Part shown: one piece after another, positions 8,326 to 15,831 of the stretch
Layout: each line of letters opens with the position of its first letter
How positions within the stretch are numbered: position 1 is the stretch's first letter
Assembly: GCF_006345805.1 (NCBI RefSeq)
Contig: NW_021825372.1
Coordinates: forward strand, 1-15,831
DNA length: 15,831 nucleotides
Reading direction: 5' to 3'
Origin: Octopus sinensis
Taxonomy: Eukaryota
Made by a program: the position numbers and the translations under genes
The notes under the pieces: model-generated
What the model saw: only the letters and a program-made list of their open reading frames with translations
The model's database searches: none
What the model was told of the DNA's origin: nothing

Positions 8326-8811
8326 GCTGAATTCTTTCTCTCCACAATATATCAGATTTCTCGAATATTCTTGTCGTTCATGTTTTCCTTGCATGCGTCA
8401 ATTTAACGTGCAACAGTTTAACAAAAGTGTGGTTGGTATTCTATCAACATAACGTGACAGTCCCGTAAAGGGAATTACACCACCGCAATTTAGCCCTAGG
8501 AAGCATCGACGCTTCCTGTCGGCTTTGACACATTTCCTGTGGGCTTATATTTGCGAAGGAGAGTCAAAACACTCACGGCATCAAGCTCACTGCAAAGGTA
8601 ATGATTATAGCCCTTTCCTCTGATTCATGAAGAAAAATAAAACAAAACTCCCCAAAAAACAACTGAACATCGCTAAAAGCAACTAAATACCAGGTGGTGA
8701 TGTTTAGACATGCCTTGGATTAAATCTATTATCTAAAGAACTTACAACGTTAAGTTAAAACATTGTGAATTGTCAATTCCCACGTTTTAAACGTTTCAGC
8801 AATTCATTGCC

Positions 8812-8915
8812 GTAGACCGGGACTTCATTTATCGATTCCAAATGGATGAAAGACAAAGTTAACCTCGGCAGGTTTTGAGTGCAGTAACCGGAAGTAATGC
8901 TGCAATGCATACTAC
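8812..8915 (-). mobile_element. SINE family B fragment, diverged
   Basis: Reverse complement gccgaggttaactttgtctttcatccatttggaatcgataaatgaagt matches 9021-9070. Confidence 0.8.
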
Positions 8916-8934
8916 CCATATTATAATGTCTTGA

Positions 8935-9170
8935 AAGGCGGCGAGCTGGCAGAAACGTTAGCGCGCCGGGCGAAATGCGTAGCTGTATTTCGTCTGCCGT
9001 TACGTTCTGAGTTCAAATTCCGCCGAGGTCCACTTTGCCTTTCATCCTTTCGGAGTCGATAAATAAAGTACCAATTTCCCACTGGGGTCGATGTAATTGA
9101 CTTAATCCCTTTGTCTGTCCTTGTTTGTCCTCTCTATGTTTAGCCCCTTGTGGGCAGTAAAGAATATATT
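8935..9170 (+). mobile_element. SINE family B, full length with 14-bp TSD; core resembles the Meta-domain type
   Basis: TSD ttataatgtcttga (8921-8934) / ttataacgtcttga (9171-9184), 13/14; B box gagttcaaattc; core gcctttcatcctttcggagtcgataaataaagtacc. The Meta-domain assignment is from memory and unverified. Confidence 0.9.
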
Positions 9171-9384
9171 TTATAACGTCTTGATAATTCACCACTATCA
9201 TTACCGCTGTAAACTTCGTTATTATACGATCTTTGAATTAAAATAACCAAGTGATGGTGTACGTCCAGTACAATAACAAGAACTAGGTCTACACCAAAGT
9301 TAAATTCCTTCAAATTACATTCTCTCGTCTTACATCAAGAAGTAAGATACTTCGAAAATTTAGTCGTAGATACAGGTAAATTGA

Positions 9385-9630
9385 TCTCGAGTCCAAAGAC
9401 CAATAGGGCTAGTTACCCGGTTTTCATGGCGTATAACTGGCCGAAATTACGACAATCCACCTTAAAGGAAGGCCAATGTGTCGAAGGTACACTCGTTTAC
9501 TGCTCTGTGGGTGATAGCAACGTGAAATGAAGTATTTTGCTTAAAAAACAACGCACTGCATATTATAATGTCAGAGTAACAATGTAGTGGTTTCTAGAAT
9601 CGAACACCCTAACGATTAAACCACGCGCCT
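9385..9630 (-). mobile_element. Old tRNA-derived SINE (family D)
   Basis: Reverse-complement head aggcgcgtggtttaatcgttagggtgttcgattc, followed by gttgttttttaagcaaaatacttcatttcacgttgc (a ttgagcaaaacac-like post-tRNA segment, as in family C); decayed. Confidence 0.55.
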
Positions 9631-10040
9631 TCAGATTCGTAAATTTACTACAATGCTTTTAAATCTTTTAATCATAGCTATGCCTAATCAGGCGTGATGT
9701 GAGCCTAAGTACCAGCAGTAACATCAATGAGCATGAAACAATTAGAGACACGCTGTTTGGTCACTTTGATCTTATCGTCTTAAAGAACAGACATCCGATG
9801 GATGATGTGAATTCTGATACGTTGTATCCGGTAAGCCCCAAAACAAATACGACATACTGGTCATGGCTGAATTAATGTCCAATCCTTGGCCTTCTCCATC
9901 TGGTTTTGCCTGAGGCTAAACTACAATATTCAGAACGTCCAGAGCAAAGAAACAAAGCGAGTAAGCTTCCGTGTAGTTGTTTGATAAAATTCCCGCAAAT
10001 TCATCTTGCAATCCCTACATTGTTTTTGAAACGAATACCC

Positions 10041-10248
10041 TACTCTCTTTACTCTTTTACTCTTTTACATGTTTCAGTCATTTGACTGCGGCCATGCTGG
10101 TGCACCGCCTTTAGTCGAGCAAATCGACTCCAGGACTTATTCTTTGTAAGCCTAGTACTTATTCTATAGTAGAAGACACTTGCCCAAAGTGCCACGGAAT
10201 CATGTGGTTGGTAAGCAAGCTACTTACCACACAGCCACTCCTGTGCCT
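10041..10248 (-). mobile_element. SINE family A, low divergence, with two internal deletions
   Basis: Close match to 7195-7586 but lacks 177 bp (junction ctat) and 17 bp (junction cg). Confidence 0.92.
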
Positions 10249-10379
10249 ATTTGTAAATTCTAAAACTTTAGTTAACATCCTTACAAAACACGAAGTATAT
10301 GGACATTGTTTAAGTCTCTCTGGCTTAAATTCATTGTTTCGAATTTATATGTATATAAAAATTGATTAGGGCAAATATT

Positions 10380-10570
10380 GAGGTCAGTGAGCTGGCAGAC
10401 TCATTAAAATGGTCGGATAAATTCCTCAGTGAGATATCTTCCGATTTAGTATTTCATTTTTCTGAGTCCAAACTCCGCCGTGGTTCACTTTGCTTGCGTG
10501 ATCGATAAAATAAGCGCAAGCCAAATACTTCGTCCCGTTCCTTAAAATCGTTTACCTTGTGTCGAAATCA
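10380..10570 (+). mobile_element. Old SINE family B
   Basis: gagctggcaga..ttctgagtccaaactccgccgtggttcactttgc..tcgataaaataag, collinear with 8935-9170. Confidence 0.7.
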
Positions 10571-11352
10571 GCAAGGTTATTGTAAGCACAAAATTACAGC
10601 TGGTATCTTACCTTACGTAATAGTCCTTTCGGAAACGTTACACTTTTCCCCTTTCATGCGGAAAACCAATTTATTCCACTTTGAATACTTTGCTATTAGT
10701 ATTCCTGATATTGGTCAATACCAGTTTAATGAGATCTAGCTGTTTACTTTAGTAGAATTGTTATCTCGCTGAAGTAAGATAATAATTACATTTCCAGTCT
10801 TTCTTTAAACATTTCATTGCATTTACACCATTGATATGTGATTTAGAACAGCGGTCGACATGTTTATCGTCAATTCCTTTTTTAACTGATGGAGCAGATC
10901 AATGATGAAAGTAATTCAAACAAAACTATTGACCTATGTTTTTGTACAAAGAGTATGTACCCAGTACATTATCTAATATGTTTCTTTGCTTTCGAGATAA
11001 TATTTTGAAGGAGATTAGGCTGCTATTTCTAGCAGATTGATTGATCGCACAGGGGCTCCCACGTCGCCATGATTAGATCAAGATTCAAACGAAAGGTGGC
11101 CGTCACGTAAATTGGTTTCCCGTTCAAGTGAAAGGTGGCCGTTGTATAACGTATCTTCCACTGTCACTTAACCAGCTCGTCTCATAAGCAACTTTGCTGT
11201 TTAAATAAAAAGTGGCCGAGTTATTTCTCATTTCTTTGGACATAAATGTTTAAATTATGCAAATTACCTCAACCATAAATGTTTTCTACTCTCTTATTTT
11301 GGATAAGGCTAAGTTCATGGGCGACTAGCAATAAGGTCGGACGATTACTGTT

Positions 11353-11734
11353 GCTGCTGTTGCTGTTGAGTGAACAGTCTTCGTCCCAGAGCTCGCAAGA
11401 TGGGAGAAGTCCGAAACGTGATCCTTTGCTATTCGTAAGACCCGCAGAAGAGAAAGCAGGTCAACCCCCGATACCGAGAACATCGACGGATGGATGAATG
11501 TGCATCCAGGGTCAGCGGTTGCGCAGGAAGTCAGGGACAAGAAACTGGAAGAAAGAGTGAGAGAATGTTGGGGCGAAAGAGTACAACAGGGGTCGCCACC
11601 ACCCCCTGCCGGGGCCTCGTGGAGCTTTAGGTATTTTCGCTCAATAAACACATACAATGCCCGGTCTGGGAATCGAAACCGCGATCCTCCGACCGCGAGT
11701 CCGCTGCCCTAACCACTGGGCCATTGCACCTCCA
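11353..11734 (-). mobile_element. SINE family C, full length, with 15-bp TSD and (CAA/CAG) tail
   Basis: Head tggaggtgcaatggcccagtggttagggcagcggactcgcggtc..gtttcgattccc; TSD cggacgattactgtt (11338-11352) / cggacgattgctgtt (11735-11749), 14/15. Confidence 0.92.
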
Positions 11735-12000
11735 CGGACGATTGCTGTTCTGATGATTGCTATTGAGCCAGAAACACGCCTTCATGACTGTCTTCTCCAG
11801 ATAACAAGCCTGTCCTTAATGGCAAGCCAGTTTTTTAGTGTATACTTGGTACTTGAGATTATCTCCCTTTCTTACGTGGAGCTGGTCATTAATGATATTA
11901 GGTAATTACGATACATCAGAGTCGGAGATAATTTTAATAAATCAAGAATTTATGTTATATAATTTTTTATATAACTCGCTTTGTCTGTGTCAGTAATTAC

Positions 12001-12424
12001 GGATCTTTTCGGTTTGAACGGCAATTTTTTCTAGCGGTGTCATATGAAATTGTCACCCATAATTATGACCCTAGAAACGATCTATTGCATTTCAATCTGT
12101 TTTAGGGTTAGGATTAGGGTTAGGGGTTTGTGGAAGGGTATCTTTTTTTCTTCAGAAATGTAAATAAACCAAATCTGTTTCTTAAACGAGGGACATATTC
12201 ATACGGCACAAAATGCTTTTTAACTCAATAGACGTCAGTGATTGGTCGAAATTGTAGAAATTGAAGAAAAAAACCCAACAAATATCTTACAAACTATAGA
12301 ATTTTCTCAATAAAGCCAAGAGAAAAAGATGTTTTATAAACACATTCTACCAGTATACGAAGTTTAAAATTTTTTAATTACCTAGAAATTATGTTAAAAA
12401 CTGCCGTTCAAACCGAAAAGATCT
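12001..12424. mobile_element. Non-autonomous DNA transposon (MITE), 29-bp TIRs, probable 8-bp TSD, internal TTAGGG repeats
   Basis: TIRs ggatcttttcggtttgaacggcaattttt / aaaaactgccgttcaaaccgaaaagatct (27/29); flanks gtaattac (11993-12000) / gcaattac (12425-12432); no ORF. Confidence 0.88.
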
Positions 12425-13052
12425 GCAATTACATTAGCTGGCACCATGATTTAACCGAGAAGTGACCTTCACACGAACGACTTTCAAATATAAGCGAAAG
12501 GTTAACACTTTAATAAAGAAAAAAAAAATTAGAGAACTATTATTTATACGGCAATATATTAGTTTCCAATTCTCTATTCATTTCCTAAACAAAACCGGCA
12601 AATTGCTGATAAAGCCACATTGATTTCGCAGACTGCTTCATTGCTGCAGGTAACTTTACATTACTCACATTTATAAAGTTATCCTCTAAGTTGCAATTCT
12701 TCTAATTCTACTTCTCTTCCTTCCCTTCCCCTCCACTACATTCAATATCAAAGATAACATTCGTTATTAAGTTTACTTATTTAATCTTCATTGTAAGCTG
12801 ATGTAGTAGTGACTGGTGAGTGTTACACTGATACTGTTTTTCGGATTTTTTTTTCTCTCTTTCAATATCTACAGAACCAAGATATATATGCATTAATCTG
12901 TTTATAGACGTAAATGATTTATTTATTTATTTGTTTAAACACATACTTATCAGTCACTTCTATTGTTTATTGTAGAATCAAAACGCTCGTTTGTGTTCGA
13001 TTGTATTTTCTGTTCAGTTAGATAAAATGTTGAATTTTTTTTTTACATTAAC

Positions 13053-13250
13053 AGGCGCAGACATGGTTGTGTGGTTATGAAGCTCGTGTGGTTTTTGGTT
13101 TCAGTTCCATTATCCAGCACCTTGGGTAAGCATTTAGATTATATAAACCTGGTCCGATCAATGCATTGTGAGCGAATTTGGTAGACAGAAACTGTGCTGA
13201 AATCTATCGCCCACGGATATATATATATATGTGTGTGTTTGTGTGTGTGT
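13053..13250 (+). mobile_element. Old SINE family A head ending in a TA/TG microsatellite
   Basis: aggcgcagacatggttgtgtggtta..caccttgggtaag..ccgatcaatgcattgtgagcgaatttggtagacagaaactg. Confidence 0.8.
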
Positions 13251-13432
13251 ATATACTAATAGGAGAGAGAATCCACTATGTGGATGCTCTTACGCTAGAG
13301 ATAGATCCGCAAGGGTCCCAACCACTAAGAATTGTTCTCAAGAAAAATTTAGCACACTATGAACGTAAGCGAGAAGGACAAATGAAAAATAACTAAACTA
13401 TAGATTAACCCCATACAATTGTTTCACTCTCT

Positions 13433-13845
13433 TACTCTTTTACTCTTTTACTTGTTTCAGTCATTTGACTGCGGCCATGCTGGAGCACCGCCTTTAGTCG
13501 AGCAAATCGACCCCGGGACTTATTCTTTGTAAGCCCAGTACTTATTCTATCGGTCTCTTTTACCGAACCGCTAAGTGACGGGGACGTAAACACACCAGCA
13601 TCGGTTGTCAATCAATGCTAGGGGGACAAACACAGACACACAAACATATACACACACACTTATATATATATATACATATATACGACAGGCTTCTTTCAGT
13701 TTCCGTCTACCAAATCCACTCTCAAGGCATTGGTCGGCCCGGGGCTAAGCAGAAGACACTTGCCCAAGATGCCACGCAGTGGGACTGAACCCGGAACCAT
13801 GTGGCTGGTTAGCAAGCTACTTACCACACAGCCACTCCTGCGCCT
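13433..13845 (-). mobile_element. SINE family A, full length, low divergence
   Basis: Head aggcgcaggagtggctgtgtggtaag..gggttcagtcccactgcgtggc, internal microsatellite about 13630-13683, tail (gagtaaaa)n. Confidence 0.95.
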
Positions 13846-14169
13846 CACTGTTAATAAATTATGCAATTTTACTTACGTAATTAATCCTCAGATCATCGGT
13901 GAGGTACGTCATACACTTAACGATCACTCTGAAAGAACGGTCTACCAATAACAGCATTTCTCCCGAGTCTTTGATTATTTTTACTTCCTTTTGAAAAAGC
14001 GAAATTTCCGGATCATTAAACAACGTAGGTAAGGTAATACATTATCTTTTCTGGTTTGTTTTTCATTCATTTGAGTCACCTTAGAAATCTTGCTTAACTT
14101 CTCACCTTCATCATTCAATGTTTTTACAAATAAATATCATGTATATAAATATTCAAATTACAAATACTG

Positions 14170-14208
14170 ATTTAGACATACATTCATACAAACACACACA
14201 CACACACT

Positions 14209-14247
<39 letters not shown>
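14170..14247. repeat. (CA)n microsatellite
   Basis: Direct reading. Confidence 0.95.
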
Positions 14248-14249
<2 letters not shown>

Positions 14250-14383
14250 GCGCATGCATGGCTATGTGGTAAGAAACTTGCTTCCCAACTACATGGTTCC
14301 GAGTTCAGTCCCGCTGCGTGGAATCTTGGTCAAGGCTCGTGCCGACCAAAGCTTTGTGAGAGGGAAACCGAGAAAGCCCGTCG
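14248..14383 (+). mobile_element. SINE family A head with two short internal deletions, followed by (CA)(TA)(GA) repeats
   Basis: aggcgcatgcatggctatgtggtaag..gagttcagtcccgctgcgtgg..gccgaccaaagctttgtgag..gaaagcccgtcg. Confidence 0.88.
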
Positions 14384-14443
<60 letters not shown>

Positions 14444-14464
14444 TGTGTGTATTTTCCCACGTTA

Positions 14465-14560
14465 ACAATTAAGACGGAAAAAATATATAAATAGTTACCA
14501 GGGTAGCAAAGAATCACGCAATTATAAAGGTCATAGCTCCTTGTTTTTAAAGGTAAAACT
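14465..14560. mobile_element. Probable PLE terminal-repeat remnant
   Basis: aagacggaaaaaa..taccagggtag parallels aaggtggaaaaa..taccagggtag at 6057-6090; acgcaattataaagg is also present at about 4508-4523, just 3' of the GIY-YIG fragment. Confidence 0.4.
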
Positions 14561-14751
14561 TCGGGTGTACGTGAAATATTTTGTATAATATTTCTATACG
14601 CTACCTTTGACGTTTTTTGAAACAAACTTAATAGCGTTTAGTTAATCATTATACATATCCATAATTTTCTGTTAAAATGTCTTATTGACGAGTTTCATTT
14701 CTTCATTTCCCTCATGAGAAGATTACATTGTTTTACACCTTCGAAACATGC

Positions 14752-14793
14752 GTCGGCAGTAAAAGAATTTGAATAACACCTGCGTTTAACTCC

Positions 14794-14824
<31 letters not shown>

Positions 14825-15528
14825 TTGCGATATGCATCTCAAACGCAATGAAATCGAAATAATTTTTAAATGGATCATCACTAGTGGTGAAAATTGGATC
14901 GTCTGCAATAACAGCAATGGAAAACGATCGTGGTCGAAGTGCAATGAACCACTGCAAACCATATCGAATGCTGAATTGCATAAAAATCGTCATGCTGTCA
15001 ATTTGGTAAGATTACAAAGGTGCTGTTTATTTTGAGCTACTTCCAAGAAACCAAACGATCAATTAAGATGTTTACTCTCAACAACTAAGGAAACAGGAGG
15101 AAGCAATAAAAGAATAACGGCCAGAATTGGCAACTCGTAAAGGAATTGTGTCCAGCATGACAACGCTAGACCACTCAAATTTTGCTAACTTAGTTATTGA
15201 GACTTGGTTGGGAAGTGACGTCACATCTACAATATAGCCCTGATCTTGCACCATCAGATTACCATTTATTTAGGATTTTGCGAAATTCTTTGAATGATAA
15301 AACTTTCAATAATGATGACGACCAGAAATCGCACTTGCTTCAGTTTTTGGCTGATTAGCACAAGCAGTTCTATAATCACGGAATCATGAAGTTACCAGAA
15401 AGATAGCAAACGTTCATCGAACAAAATGGAAACTATATAATTGATTAAAGTCCATTCTGGGTTTTAAAAAAAACAATGACTTTTATTTCACACTAAAAAA
15501 CCGAAATTACTTTCTTGCCGACTGCTTA
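14752..15528 (+). mobile_element. Decayed mariner (Tc1/mariner, DD34D) transposon; transposase C-terminal part 14823-15448 with stops and frameshifts
   Basis: ICDMHLKRNE..WIITSGENWIV (first catalytic D lost from TGDEKW), YFELLPRNQTIN, HDNARP (15156), YSPDLAPSDYHLF (15233), GIMKLPER*..EQNGNYIID*. Right TIR about 15498-15528; putative left TIR 14752-14770 (15/19). Confidence 0.93.
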
Positions 15529-15639
15529 GAAAGTGTTGTGAGAAAATGTGAAAAAAAAAAAGCGTTGTTATAAGTTGGACTCATAAGTAGATAAAGCTAT
15601 AAGTAATAGCGTGTAAATATTTGAAACAAAAACCTTGAA

Positions 15640-15766
15640 GACACACACAGACAACACACACACACACACACACACATACATACATACATACATACATACA
15701 TACATACATACATACATACATACAACATACACATACATGCATACATACATACATATATATATATAT

Positions 15767-15809
<43 letters not shown>

Positions 15810-15815
15810 CACCAA
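15640..15815. repeat. (CA)n-(CATA)n-(TA)n compound microsatellite
   Basis: Direct reading. Confidence 0.95.
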
Positions 15816-15831
15816 ATATATACATTTTATT

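Noticed and set aside
8395-8600. Probable old interspersed-repeat fragments (also about 10870-11060)
   Set aside because: They look familiar as decayed repeat tails, but no second copy in this window supports boundaries or family.
11279-11905. Overlapping ORFs of 72-110 aa
   Set aside because: They lie within SINE C; the shared MxVFIERK peptide with the 5544 ORF just reflects two SINE copies.
12632-12649. 18-nt candidate microexon (cgcag|ACTGCTTCATTGCTGCAG|gtaact)
   Set aside because: Frame-preserving with a fair donor, but the polypyrimidine tract is weak and there is no gene context; expected by chance in 16 kb.
14530-14570. Minus-strand cccgaag..aaaac..gcta as a degraded hammerhead
   Set aside because: Too many core mismatches and no stem II pairing.

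Overview
AT-rich, repeat-saturated eukaryotic DNA (intronic or intergenic) with no intact protein-coding gene; nearly all long ORFs in the track are translations of (TA)n/(TATG)n/(CA)n microsatellites or SINEs. The SINE families look like those of octopus (coleoid cephalopod) genomes; this is recognition from memory, not a search. Contents: about 17 copies or fragments of 4 tRNA-derived SINE families (labelled A-D here); a frameshifted Penelope-like element (PLE) linker plus GIY-YIG endonuclease fragment (4639-5320, -); several short PLE-terminus-like cassettes in (TA)n tracts, including a nested palindrome (5812-6146) that carries a minimal hammerhead-ribozyme-like motif with a non-canonical CCGACGA core; a 424-bp TIR element (MITE) with a probable 8-bp TSD and internal TTAGGG repeats (12001-12424); and a decayed DD34D mariner (14752-15528). 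The most interesting signals are the hammerhead/palindrome/(TA)n-associated PLE system, the telomere-repeat MITE and module shuffling among the SINEs.
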